Below, piece by piece: positions 1 through 11,015 of a stretch of 64,000 nucleotides of DNA. The notes under the pieces are model-generated. The model was not told the origin of the DNA and did not search any database. It saw only the letters and a list, made by a program, of their open reading frames with translations. The translations under genes and the position numbers were made by a program. Origin of the DNA: an uncultured Conexibacteraceae bacterium (GTDB lineage: Bacteria > Actinomycetota > Thermoleophilia > Solirubrobacterales > Solirubrobacteraceae); assembly GCA_963720195.1 (NCBI GenBank), contig CAVRFD010000015.1, positions 5,690 to 69,689 on the forward strand, given 5' to 3'. Every line of letters starts with the position of its first letter. The stretch's first letter is position 1.

Positions 1-119
1 ATGGCGTTAATCCAGTGCGCGGCTCGCTCAACGCGATCAAAGCGCCGGAGACGCCGGTCGCCGGCCTTCGAATCCGAGCGAACCCCTTTGCCCTGGTCAG
101 CCGGCCGCTTGGTTGCCAT
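1..119 (-). CDS. Cytochrome b/b6-domain (FdnI-like) membrane protein, N-terminus only; runs off the window edge
   Basis: Not in ORF track. ATG at 119 after GGAGG reads MATKRPAD...RRLRRFDRVERAAHWINA, the RFxxxERxxHW start of di-heme cytochrome b subunits; overlaps the end of the Mo-oxidoreductase. Confidence 0.7.
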   Translation of the reverse strand, partial: MATKRPADQGKGVRSDSKAGDRRLRRFDRVERAAHWINA

Positions 120-837
120 TTTCCTCCGTCCCACCGATCCACCCATCAACGGGATAACCGTTCTGTTCCCAATAGCCTGGCTCAGCCTGTTCCACCACAC
201 GAATCGACCGCAGCCATTTGAGCGACTTGTATCCGTACATCGGCGCGACGTAGAGCCGCACCGGCCCACCGTGCTCAGTCGTGATCGGCGCGCGGAGCAT
301 GCGGTAGGCGACGATCACGTCGGGAAGGCGAGCCTGGTAGAGCGTGAGGCTCTCGGTGTCAAGCCCGTCGTAGGAGTCAAACGCAATCGCTCCGGCGCTG
401 GGCTGCACTCCGGCCGCGTCGAGTACATCGGACAACTTGACGCCCTCCCAGTGGACCTCCGGGACCCGCCACCCAGTGACACATTGGAAGTTCTTAACGA
501 GCTTGGTGCTCGGCATCGACTCTATGTCTTCCAAGGTAAGACTGAGCGGACGGTCCACCAAGCCGGTCACCTGCAGCCGGTACTTCTCCTGAGGAATCGC
601 GGGAAACGAGCCGGTAATCGTGTAGATGCGAAAGCCCTCGCCCCCGGGCAAGAAGCTGAAGAGCCTCGATCCGAGCACGCTTCCGATCATCTTCTGCGCC
701 CCGGAGCCAAAGGCGACACCCGCCGCGCCAAGGCCAACCATACCGAGGAACACCCGCCTGCCCATCCGGACTGGGTGCTCGGAGAGCTGAGCCGGGACAG
801 GAGTTTCGGGCTGTTGCGGTGACCCGTCTTCCGCCAT
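97..837 (-). CDS. Molybdopterin-dependent oxidoreductase (sulfite oxidase/MsrP-like family)
   Basis: RRVFL Tat-like signal/TM; FQCVTGW (Mo-ligand Cys), WEGVKLSDVL, HGGPVRL..P.MYGYKSLKWL, GYWEQNGY. Confidence 0.9.
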   Translation of the reverse strand: MAEDGSPQQPETPVPAQLSEHPVRMGRRVFLGMVGLGAAGVAFGSGAQKMIGSVLGSRLFSFLPGGEGFRIYTITGSFPAIPQEKYRLQVTGLVDRPLSLTLEDIESMPSTKLVKNFQCVTGWRVPEVHWEGVKLSDVLDAAGVQPSAGAIAFDSYDGLDTESLTLYQARLPDVIVAYRMLRAPITTEHGGPVRLYVAPMYGYKSLKWLRSIRVVEQAEPGYWEQNGYPVDGWIGGTEENGNQAAG

Positions 838-1200
838 CTCAGGGCACCGCTCCGACCGACGAACCTGCCCGCGATCGGCAGGTCCGCACGATCACGCTCC
901 GCGCCCGCCTCACGCCTGGTCTCGTAGCCCAAGGCGCCACGCTAGCTACCACGCCCATCACAGTAGCGCGTGCGCGTTGCTCGCCCGCCGTCTGAGACAA
1001 CGTCGTCCAGTTCGTCTTGTTCCACACCACGTTAGGACGCCAGGAACTGGCAATCCTTCCCGCATCGACCGGACAACCTGACTTACCGATCGACGCTAGC
1101 CGTCAGCGAGGATTTACGGAGCACAGATTTACGGACAACCGGCTGGTATACAAAGCGACGGGGTCGGATGTTTTGTCTCCGACCGCTGGGAGGTCCGCGG

Positions 1201-3357
1201 GTGCTCGATAGAAGCGGCAGTACTAGTTGCCCTAGGTCTGTTGTTTGGTTCGCCGTGGGTGTTGTCGCGTTGGGGGGAGCGACTGCAGCCGGAGCCGTTG
1301 CGTCGACCCACTCGAAGCCGGAGGTCACGGCGGCCGCCTCTACGATTTCGGCGCCGCCGGCTTTGACTGCCACACAGTTCGCCGCGCCATCCAGCGCCAA
1401 TTGGCTCGACTTCGGCGGTAACAGTCTCGGTGACCGCTACTCAGAGCTGAGTGCGATCACCACGAACAACGTCAAAACGCTCAAGGCCGCGTGGCAAACG
1501 ACACTCGGAGAGCCGAAGGCCGAAAACGTCGCCGGCGGCTTGGAGTACGGCGGCACGTATTACATCCAGTCGTCTCGGGGGGACGTGTTCGCTCTGAATG
1601 CCACCACCGGGAAGCTCGACTGGAGGTATGTGAGCGACGGCTCCGGCGGCGGCCGCGGGCTCGCGATGGGGAACGGCCTGATCTATGCGGCGCAGAACGG
1701 GAGTAATCACCTGGTTGCGATCAACGCCGTGACCGGCAAGCAGGTGTGGCGGACCAAGCAGCTATTCCCGACAAGCACCGGCATCACCCTTCCTGGCCCG
1801 ATCAGTTACACGCCGTTGAACGGCGGCGAGGTGTTTGATGGGACGGCCGGCACGGACTCGGGCAACGGTGGCTGGATTTTCGCGGTGAACGCAAAGACCG
1901 GGAGGCTGAGGTGGAAGTTCAGCCCGGTGCCGCAGCACAAGGGCGATCCCGGTTACAACACGTGGGGCCCGGGCTCCGATCTCAAGCACGGCGGCGGCGG
2001 GGTGTGGACCGAACCGGAGGTCGACCCGCAGACCGGCTTCGTGATCTTCGCGACCTCGAACGCGGCACCGTATGTCAACCGGCCGAAGGGCGACGACAAA
2101 TACACCGCTTCGACCGTCGCCCTCAACGCGAAGACGGGGAAGTTCGCTTGGGGCTATCAGGAAGTCCACCACGACTCGTGGGACTACGACACGCCGCAGG
2201 CGCCCACGATGTTCGACATGGTTTACCACGGCAAGGTCGTGCCAGCGCTCGACCAGCCGACAAAGCCTGGCCTGAACTTCGTCCTTAACCGGAGGACCGG
2301 AAAGCCGATCATCCCGGTGAAAGAGACGAAGGTCCCGCAGAGCCCCGAGGATCCTGGCAACTCGTTGACGCAGCCCATCCCGGCCGGGCAGCGGCTATCG
2401 CCGAACTGCGCCAAGAAATCACTCTGGGTAGCGACCGGCGGCACCAGCTCGTTCAAGGGCCCCGACGGCAACCCGATCCAGTTCGGTTGCGTCTTTACAC
2501 CGCTGTCGACGACGCATTTCGTCGTCAACGGCTACCACGACGTCTCGGATTGGCTGCCGGGCTCGTATAGCCAGAAGTCGAAGCTCGTCAATCTCTGCAT
2601 CACTGCCGACCGCGAGAAGGGTTATGAGGCGATCCCGACGGCCTCGGCAATTTCGACTCCGGGCTCGAGCGACGCGGACGAGGTTCTAGGGGTCAGCGGC
2701 GGCGAGAACGCCTTCGACAAGAAGGGTTACATCGTCGCCATCAACCCAACGACCAACAGGATCGCCTGGAAGTCTCCGTTGCCAGGGACTGACGGCTGCT
2801 ACTCCGGCGTCGCCGCGACCGCTGGCGCGCTTACGTTCGTCGGTGACACCAACGGCCACTTCCTTGCCTACAGCTCGATCACCGGAAAGCTGTTGTGGCA
2901 GTCGCCCAAGCTGGACGGCACGATCGGGTCACCGCCGATCGTCTACAAGGGAGCCGACGGCCGTGAGTACGTGACCCTGATGGTCGGCGGTACCTCCGAA
3001 GGCGACGAGTCCGCCGTCATGAACGACACGGTGTACGCCTTCGCGTTGCCGAACGGCACCAGCGAGACGGTCACGAAGCTGCCGCCAGTGACGAAGCCAC
3101 CACTGAAGGCCGTGCCAAAGTCTCGCGGCGAGAAGCTGTTCGACCAAGCCGGCTGCGCCAGCTGCCACACGCTCGCGGCGGCCAACGCGCACGGCACCGT
3201 CGGCCCCAACCTCGACGCCCTCAAACCGACAGAGAAGGAGGTCGACACACAGGTGACCAACGGAGGCGGCCAAATGCCCTCGTTCAAGAGCAAGTACAGC
3301 GCAGCGCAGATCACTCAGATCGCCAAGTTTGTCTCCAGCGTGGCTGGCAAAAAATGA
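1201..3357 (+). CDS. Secreted PQQ-dependent dehydrogenase with C-terminal cytochrome c (quinohemoprotein)
   Basis: GGAGG then GTG at 1201; signal peptide; RYSEL..I..NV; ALNATTGK..W repeats; GGGVW; HHDSWDYD; C-terminal CASCH plus distal Met (GGGQMPSF). Confidence 0.9.
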   Translation: MLDRSGSTSCPRSVVWFAVGVVALGGATAAGAVASTHSKPEVTAAASTISAPPALTATQFAAPSSANWLDFGGNSLGDRYSELSAITTNNVKTLKAAWQTTLGEPKAENVAGGLEYGGTYYIQSSRGDVFALNATTGKLDWRYVSDGSGGGRGLAMGNGLIYAAQNGSNHLVAINAVTGKQVWRTKQLFPTSTGITLPGPISYTPLNGGEVFDGTAGTDSGNGGWIFAVNAKTGRLRWKFSPVPQHKGDPGYNTWGPGSDLKHGGGGVWTEPEVDPQTGFVIFATSNAAPYVNRPKGDDKYTASTVALNAKTGKFAWGYQEVHHDSWDYDTPQAPTMFDMVYHGKVVPALDQPTKPGLNFVLNRRTGKPIIPVKETKVPQSPEDPGNSLTQPIPAGQRLSPNCAKKSLWVATGGTSSFKGPDGNPIQFGCVFTPLSTTHFVVNGYHDVSDWLPGSYSQKSKLVNLCITADREKGYEAIPTASAISTPGSSDADEVLGVSGGENAFDKKGYIVAINPTTNRIAWKSPLPGTDGCYSGVAATAGALTFVGDTNGHFLAYSSITGKLLWQSPKLDGTIGSPPIVYKGADGREYVTLMVGGTSEGDESAVMNDTVYAFALPNGTSETVTKLPPVTKPPLKAVPKSRGEKLFDQAGCASCHTLAAANAHGTVGPNLDALKPTEKEVDTQVTNGGGQMPSFKSKYSAAQITQIAKFVSSVAGKK

Positions 3358-3565
3358 TGGACCGACGGGCGGCTGAATTCAGCCGCCGCTGTTGATTGTC
3401 GTCCATTGGCGAGGGCGCGGAGCCTTCGGCGCCGTCGCCTCTCGGTCTCCGCCGTCGGGCTTGGCCCGCACTCCCATCGCCAGAGTAACCGGACCGCCAC
3501 GAAACCACCACGAGATACCCAATCATCGGCGGATACGGGGTTTTGTCCTGTCTCCCCGATCTAGC

Positions 3566-3593
3566 GAACAGCCCCGGAAATCCGGGGCTGTTC
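3566..3593. terminator. Probable bidirectional intrinsic terminator
   Basis: GAACAGCCCCGGA-AA-TCCGGGGCTGTTC inverted repeat between convergent genes. Confidence 0.75.
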
Positions 3594-3640
3594 TTGCTCC
3601 TAGAGCTTCGGGAGACTGGGCACTGCGCTGCCGCGCGCGC

Positions 3641-4078
3641 TCAGTGGGTTTTCGGGCAGTAAACGCTTGAAGCGGTCGGCCCGCCGTCGAGCGATACGCC
3701 TATACGGCCTTTGATGATCGGAAATATGTCAGTCAATTGCGTCCAAGGTTTACCGTTGACACATCGCGCGGGTCCGTGGTGCTCGCGGCAGCGGACGTGG
3801 CCGCCGGCCACGATCGTGCAACTGACGATGAAAGTTGTGGATTGGCTATACGGGATTAGATGATGAGCCTCAAAAGACTTCGTCTCGACCCGCATCGACA
3901 GCTTCGCTTCGGAGATCAGCTTCGACTTCGACGTAGCTGTGGCCACGGCAGGCACAAGCAACGCAAGAGCAGCAAAGCTCGCGGCAACGCTGCAGAGGAC
4001 GCGGCGAGCCGGCCGCCCGCGACCCGCGTCCCGCTGCCCGGCTTGCCGCTTGGGAACCAACCCGCCGCGCATTACCAC
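3641..4078 (-). CDS. Hypothetical secreted protein with 4 Cys in the mature part
   Basis: Signal-peptide-like stretch (VAASFAALALLVPAVATA); true start may be downstream of 4078. Confidence 0.55.
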   Translation of the reverse strand: MVMRGGLVPKRQAGQRDAGRGRPARRVLCSVAASFAALALLVPAVATATSKSKLISEAKLSMRVETKSFEAHHLIPYSQSTTFIVSCTIVAGGHVRCREHHGPARCVNGKPWTQLTDIFPIIKGRIGVSLDGGPTASSVYCPKTH

Positions 4079-4147
4079 GCGGAAGAAGGTAGGCGTCGGA
4101 TAAAGGTAGGCATCGCTCGACCATATCAGCGGGAGCGCCGAGGAACG

Positions 4148-5617
4148 TCAGTTGGTCCGGAAGGCGACCAGTGCGGGACGATCGCCCGAGTGCTGGGGAA
4201 CTCCTGCCCCGACGATCAGCGTGTCACCGACCACCGCGGGACAGCCGTTGACCCCAGCCGGCAGCTTCGCACTCCAGAGAACCCGGCCGGTGGCGGTGGC
4301 GAGCGCATATATGGTGCCCGCGTAGGTCGAGGTGAGCACAACGTCATTGGATACCGTGGCGCAACCGAAGTCCGGCGACGGAAACCGATGGTCCCACAGT
4401 ATGCGTCCCGTGTGTGCGTCGAGCGCGACCAACCGGCCGCGACCACGCGCCGGATCGACCTTGTCGACGTTCTCGCTGGTCGTGGCGCTGCCCGGGACAC
4501 AGAGGTCCACATCTGGCACGAAGAGACGGCCGCCCCCATAGGCCATCGGTGTCTCCACGCCTCCGAAGATGCCGGGGCACACCGTCACCCGGCGACGCGG
4601 CAACGGACCGACGGCGTTGCGTTGCAACCCGACGGCGGTCTTCCAGAGACGGCGCCGTGTGCGGCGGTTCCAGGCGATCACGAGGCCCGCCTTGCCTGCG
4701 CCGAACACCATTGGCGCGCCGTCGACCTTTGCGAGTATCGGCGTGGCCGAGAAGTCGTAGTCGCGTACGTCGTGCGGGGTGACCTGGTCGTACCACAGGA
4801 GTCGCCCCGTGCGTGCATCGAGCACAACCAGCGAATCCGTGTAAAGAACCGGGCCGGGGAACGCTGCGCCATTGGGTAGCTTGGGGCTCCCTCCCCACGG
4901 GTCTGGGTTGGAGATGCCCGCGTACAAGCCGTCCCTGAGCGTCGATTGACACCGGGTACCAGATGCCTCCCCCACCGGCCTCCCAGGGGTGCGGCCAGGG
5001 ACGCTTGACCGTCTGGAACCGCCACCGCACGGCGCCGGTGCGAGCGTCAAGCCCGTAGATCACGCCCCGCCCCAGCGGCGAAAAGCCGACCGTGCTGACG
5101 ATCACGAGCCCATGCCAGTAGACCGGAGCCACGTCAACGAATTGCTGCGACGCGCTCGTTAGATGACGTGTCCAAAGCACCCGTCCGCTCGACGGCGAGA
5201 GCGCGAACGCGTTGTCGTCGGTCGCGCCGTATAGGCGACCGGCGCCGAGTGCGAGCCCATTCGGCCCATCGTTGTTCGCCGCGAAGCGCCGCGTCCAGCG
5301 CACCTTGCCGGTCGCTTGGTTGAGCGCCGTGACATTGCTGCGCAAGTCCTCGACGTAGACCGTGCCACGATCGATCAGCGGGGTTGTGGCGAACAGGCCG
5401 TAGTACTCCAAGTCGGCCCGGCCGGCCGGAAGCGCCAGCTCACCTTCAGACGCCCGACGTTGGCCGCCGAGAGGCCGGGGCCAACGACCGCCCGCGTGCC
5501 CGAAAGGTTCGCGCCCGGCAAATCCCACGCCGCTTCTGCAGCGGGCGCGCTCCAGACGAACGCGGCGAAGGCGATTGCCGCAAGTGTAAGACCGGCTAGC
5601 CGGCGCGATACGCTCAT
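4148..5617 (-). CDS. Secreted PQQ-binding beta-propeller protein, interrupted by at least 2 frameshifts
   Basis: Pieces in ORFs 5375-5617, 4344-5801 and 4148-5050: signal peptide, ALNQATGKVRW, GGGGIW, SNPDPW, LYTDSLVVLDARTGRLLWYDQVTPHDVRDYD. Confidence 0.8.
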
Positions 5618-5674
5618 CTCGCGGGCTATAGTAGGTCGCCACGGGGTCGGAGTTCGCTGGAGGAGGTCGGAATA

Positions 5675-6157
5675 ATGGGTCGTAGAAGGACCGGAGTCCT
5701 GGGATGTCTAGGGGTGCTGGCGGCATCCTCAGTGATCGCCTCGTCAGCGATGGCCACCCAGGCGCACTCGCCCACAAGGGCGCACACGGCGCCTCACACA
5801 ACCGCCCCGGACCTGTTCGTGACGGTGCGGGTCACGATGACCAACGACAAATTCATCGTTTCCAAGCACAGCGGACCGCGCGGGGCAGACGCAAAATTCG
5901 AGATTCATAACAGCAGCAACAAGCCTCACAACTTCTCACTGGGCCATGAGGACTACGGTGAAGGCGCGCAGACCGGTTTCACGATCACGGTCAAGCCCGG
6001 ACAGAGCATTATCAAGATTTTGTATCTCGATATCCGGAGCACGCTGAAGTATTTCCCGGGTCTCGCCGCCGACAAGGACAAGAAGGGGATGCGGGGTGTT
6101 TTCAAGATCGGTCCGTGCACCGCGTACGAGCAAAACACCGGAGTGGGCGATTGTTGA
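5675..6157 (+). CDS. Secreted cupredoxin-like protein
   Basis: Signal peptide; F.I.N....PHNF....VKPGQS...GM.G.F pattern of cupredoxin folds; canonical Cys/His copper ligands not evident. Confidence 0.55.
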   Translation: MGRRRTGVLGCLGVLAASSVIASSAMATQAHSPTRAHTAPHTTAPDLFVTVRVTMTNDKFIVSKHSGPRGADAKFEIHNSSNKPHNFSLGHEDYGEGAQTGFTITVKPGQSIIKILYLDIRSTLKYFPGLAADKDKKGMRGVFKIGPCTAYEQNTGVGDC

Positions 6158-6239
6158 GTCCGCGCTTGGCTGCGAGCCTCCGGCGCGCTTCTGGTCGGAG
6201 CGGGGCCACGTCGGCCTCGGCTGACTTTCCCAACCACGC

Positions 6240-7252
6240 GTGAGGTGGCGAAGTTCAGCCGCATTCGCGGTCACGGCGTTGATCGTCGCCGGATGCGGCG
6301 GCAGCAGCAGCACCGACAACTCGATCGTCCTCTATAACGGCCAGCATCCGCAGCTCACGACATCGATGGTCGCGGCGTTCGATCATGCGACCGGAATCTC
6401 GGTCAAGGAGCGCACGAACGACGGCGTCGTCCTCGCAGACCAGATCCTCAGTGAGGGGCGGTCATCACCCGCCGACGTCTACCTAACCGAGAACTCTCCC
6501 GAGCTTGTCAACCTCAGCGAGCATGGGCTGCTCGCGCGCCTACCCCAGTCGATCCTGGATCAGGTTCCCGCAGCCGACCGGGCGGCAAACGGCACATGGG
6601 TTGGGGTGGCACTGCGCGTGAGCTGTCTCGTGTATGACCCCTCGCTCATCTCCCGTTCGCAGCTCCCGTCCTCGATTCTCGATCTTGCCGCGCCGAAGTG
6701 GAAGGGGAAGGTGGCGGTCGCACCGCTCGACTCGGACTTCCCCCCCGTGGTCGGCGCGATAATCGCCACCCACGGAAAGAGCGCCGCCGCGAGCTGGCTC
6801 GCCGGAATCAAGCGCAACGCGTCGGTTTACCAGGACGATGAATCAGTGGTGGCGGCCGTCAACCGCGGTGATGAGGCGGTCGGCGTCATCAACCAGTACT
6901 ACTGGTATCGACTGCGACGCGAGGTCGGGGCGGGGAAGATGCACAGCGCGCTCTACTACTTCCCCAACGGCGATCCGGGCTCAGTCGTCAATGTGTCCGG
7001 TGCGGCCGTTCTTGCCTCGTCAAATCACCGCAGCCAGGCCGAGCGCCTTGTCGCATATCTTCGTCAGCCGGTGCCGGCCAGCGGCTGATCTCCGCGGGTG
7101 ACGACTACGAGTACCCCGTCCGCCCCGGGGTCGCACCCAACTCCGAGCTGCCCGCGTTTGCGAGCATCCCGCACGCGAGCATCTCCGTCGCCGCTCTCGG
7201 CAACGACGTCCCCGCTAGGGAGCTGGTCGCCCAGGCCGGCTTCGGGTCCTAG
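6240..7252 (+). CDS. Fe3+ ABC transporter substrate-binding lipoprotein (FbpA/FutA family), frameshifted near the C-terminus
   Basis: Lipobox VAGC; EGRSSPADVY; NQYYWY tandem Tyr iron ligands; continues in another frame as DYEYPVRPGV to TAG at 7250-7252. Confidence 0.85.
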
Positions 7253-7339
7253 CGGGAGCGACAAGTTGGCCTCGGCACCCGCGAGCGCGCCGGCGCGAAC
7301 CGCCGCACGGCGCGAGACCCAAAGGTAGACTCCGCCGAC

Positions 7340-8933
7340 ATGCGCGCGGTGACCCGGCCCGTCCGAGCCGCCATCAGGCGGCGCCCCGCGACGAGTCGGA
7401 TCCCGGTTCCCAAGGGGCTGCTTGCGGCTTGCGTCGTCGCCGCGGTTCTGGTCGCTGTCCCGGTCATCGTCACGATCATTCAGGCGATCCAGGGGGGCTT
7501 TTCCGTCGCCGGGAACGCCATCGGGTCGACCTCGACGTTTACGCTGGTGCTGCATTCGCTCGAGGTCGCGGCCGCGTCCGCACCGATCTGCGCCGTCATC
7601 GGCGTCGGCGCAGCGTGGTTCGTCGAGCGCACGACGCTGCCGGGGCGGCGCTGTGGGCGGTGCTGCTGGTGGCGCCGCTGACGATCCCGCCGTTCGTAAC
7701 GAGCTACGCGTGGGCGAACTTCGGCCCCGCGTTCCAGGGATTTGTCGGAGCGGCGGGGATCATCGCGTTCAGCTACTACCCGATCGTGTTCCTGCTCGTC
7801 GCGGTGGCGCTTCGCGGCCTCGACCCTGCGCTCGAGGAGACGGGCCGCTCGCTCGGACTCAGCGGGCCGAGGACCTTCTTCCGGGTGGTGCTGCCGCAGC
7901 TGAAGCCCGCGATCTACGGCGGGATGCTCCTGGTCGTGCTCGACGCGCTGGTCGAGTTCGACGCCTTTGTCGGACTCAAGTTCCAGACGTTCTCCTTCGA
8001 CGTGTACGCGCAGTACCAGCTCGGGTTCAGCGCGGCCGGCGCGGCCGCGCTCTCGTTCGTCTCGATCGCGCTGTGCGTGGTGCTGCTGTTCGGCGAGGCG
8101 CAGCTGCGTGGCCACGTGAACTACACGCGCGTCAGTCAGGGCGCCCGGCGGTTGGCGTCGCGGTACGCACTCGGGCGCGTGACGGTTCCCGTGCTCGTCG
8201 CGATGACGGCGGTGATGGCGATCAGCGTCGGCATCCCGGTCGGCATGCTGGTGCGCTGGTTCGCGCGAGAGCAGCTGTGCCGCACTCTCGGGCGCCGGCG
8301 GGAACCTCACGTACCTGTGGCCGGCCACCGCTCACATCGGTCGAGATCGGCGTGGCGGCGGCGGTGCTCGGGCTCCTGTTCGCGCTTCCGGTCGCGCTGG
8401 CCGCCGTCCGCTACCGAGGGCCCGCGGTGACGTTTCTCGAGCGCACCATGTATCTCTCCTTCGCTCTGCCGGACCTCGTCGGTGCGATCGCGCTGGCGTA
8501 CCTGGCGAGCCACTGGTTGCACTTTCTCTACGGCAGCTTCGCGCTGCTCGTGTTCGCGGAGGCGGTGCTGTTCGCCCCGTTCGCAGTCGTGGCGATGCGC
8601 GCAAGCTTTGGCCAGCTCGAACCGTCGCTGGAGGAGTCGGCACGATCACTCGGCTCGGGGCCGCTCGCGAGCTTCTGGCGCGTCACGCTGCCGCTGGTGC
8701 GGCCTGGGCTCGTCGCCGCCCTCGTGCTCGTGTTCGCGTTCACACTCGGCGATCTCTCGACCACGCAGGTGTTGCTGCCCGTGAATCTGTACACGCTCGG
8801 CACCGAGTTCTACGAGAACAGCTCGACGGTGGCGTTCGCCGCGGCGGCGCCGTTCGCCGCGGTCCTGATCGGGCTCGCCGTGGTTGCCGCCTACGTGCTG
8901 ATAAGCCGCTTCGGCCGCGTCCGAGCGCTCTAG
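7340..8933 (+). CDS. Fe3+ ABC transporter permease (FbpB family), 2 frameshifts
   Basis: Two EAA-type loops (LEETGRSLG, LEESARSLG); VERTTLPGR; PLTIPPFV.SYAW. Confidence 0.85.
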
Positions 8934-8945
8934 GTCGACGAGCCG

Positions 8946-10009
8946 ATGGCCGATCTGCAGTGTCGAGACGTTCGCAAGGCCTACGGCGACCGCGTCGTGC
9001 TCGACGGGGTCGACCTGACCGTGCCGGAGGGGACGCTCACCGCGATCCTCGGCTCGTCCGGTAGCGGCAAGACGACGCTACTTCGCATCGTGATCGGCTT
9101 CCTCGCCCCCGATGGCGGGGCCGTCTCGATCGGCGGCACGACCGTCACGGACTCGGCCGGCATCCACGTGCCACCGGACAAGCGGGCGATCGGTTACGTC
9201 GCCCAGGAGGGCGCGCTCTTCCCGCACCTCACGCGTCGCCGAGAACGTCGGCTTCGGGCTCCCGCGCGCCGAGCGCAAGCGCGGCAGCCGGATCGGTCGA
9301 GGCGCTCGACCTCGTCGGCCTCGATTCTCGCTACGCCCAGTCGCGGCCGCACGAGCTCTCGGGCGGCGAACAGCGCCGCGTCGCGCTCGCCCGTGCGCTC
9401 GCGCCGCGCCCGGCGCTCGTCCTGCTCGACGAGCCGTTCTCCGGGCTCGACGCGGCACTGCGAGGCGAGACGCGAGCAGCCGTGCTCGACGCGCTGGCCG
9501 CGACGGGAGCTACCGCCGTACTCGTCACGCACGACCAGGGCGAGGCGCTCTCGACGGGGCGCGAGGTCGCCGTCCTTCGCGATGGCGCGCTGGTCCAGAC
9601 GGCCGCGCCCGAGACGCTCTACCGCACGCCTGCCGATCTCGACCTGGCCCGGTTTGTCGGCGACGCCGTGGTCGTGACGCGGCGAGGCACGCGGCGGGAC
9701 GGTGGTCTGCACGTTCGGTGCGCTCCGCGTCCGCGGCGAGACTTTCGTCGGGGCCGGTGGCGGTCATGATCAGGCCGGAGCAGATCCGGGTCGACCGGAC
9801 CGCCACTGACGGCGGCGTCGCGGCGAGGGTCGTCCGGCAGAGCTTCTACGGAGCGGAGACGGTCCTCCAGCTGGAGCTTGCCGACGGCTCCGCGACTCGC
9901 GTCACCGCGCGGACGTTCGACGGCGCGCGGCGCCGAGCCGGGCGCCGAGGTGAGGCTCATCGTCAACGGTCCGGTTGCGACCTATCCCGCTACGGCCGGC
10001 GAGCTATGA
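8946..10009 (+). CDS. Fe3+ ABC transporter ATP-binding protein (FbpC family), several frameshifts
   Basis: Walker A GSSGSGKTT; QEGALFPHL; LSGGEQRR, LLDEPFSGLD and VTHDQ in shifted frames; TOBE-like end. Confidence 0.85.
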
Positions 10010-10030
10010 GGCGCGGACAGCGGTTCGGGC

Positions 10031-10866
10031 TCACGAGCCGGTTGCGATCCCCCACAGCGAGTGGCCGCCGCGCTCGAGCGAGGCCAGCGGCACGATCTGC
10101 GAGGCCGGCGGCACGGTCCCGGTATAGGGCCTGGTGAAGCTCGAGAACAAGAAGGACACCGTGCCGAGCCCGGAGCCGGGCACCTCCGACTTGATCTTCC
10201 CAACGTAGCCGGGCCCGCTCACCCAGACCACGATCGACAGCCGCCCCGATGGGCTGGCGTGGAGCTCCTGCTCGATCGCGGCCGCGATCGCCCCGCGCCG
10301 CGCCCTCCTCGCCGCCGACAGCGCCGTGGCCAGGTCCACCGAGACCCGGTACTCAGCCATCGGCACGTTTTCGACCACCTGCGTACCCGCGGATGAGGCG
10401 CTCCCGTGCGCCCCACGCGACCTCGTCGAGCAGCAGCGCTGGAGCGAGCCCCTCGGCCTGCGCCGCAAGCACTCGATCCGCAGCGGACCTCGTCAGCGGG
10501 GCAGAGATCCAGCCCTTCCCCGCGGGAAGCACCCCTGCCGGCGCCGGTGAGGGGGCCAGCAGGAACGTCGCCGGCTCGAGGTCGCAGAGGAGGGTCTGGT
10601 AGCTGCGATGCGCGCAGCTGCAACTGCAGGAACTCGTAGCCCAGCCCGGTCCGGAAATCGTAGGCCGCCCGGCCGCCCTGGACCGCGATCGGCGCGGCGA
10701 ACAGGTGCGGCCGCTCAAGCGCGAGCTCGTAGCGCGCCCACGTCACCGCGAGCGTCTTACTCACCGCGCCACTCACCTCACGCGACGGGGTCCCGCTCGC
10801 TCCGCATCCGCAGAGCGCCGCGGCTACGGCCACAGCCGCGACGAGTGCGCTGGCCGACCTCTTCAT
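10031..10866 (-). CDS. Hypothetical lipoprotein, frameshifted
   Basis: ATG 10866 MKRSASALVAAVAVAAALCGC lipobox; continues through ORFs 10353-10718 and 10031-10468. Confidence 0.55.
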
Positions 10867-11015
10867 CTGCAGTCGTGCGGGCCTTGAAATGAGTGGACAG
10901 AAAGGAAAGGGCGGGGAAAGATGACTTCCCCCGCCCACTCTCAACTTCATCGCAGCCTACGCGCCCGGCCGGCTCACCGGAGCCCGAGCCCGCGCTGAGC
11001 CGCTCGGCGTCCGTG

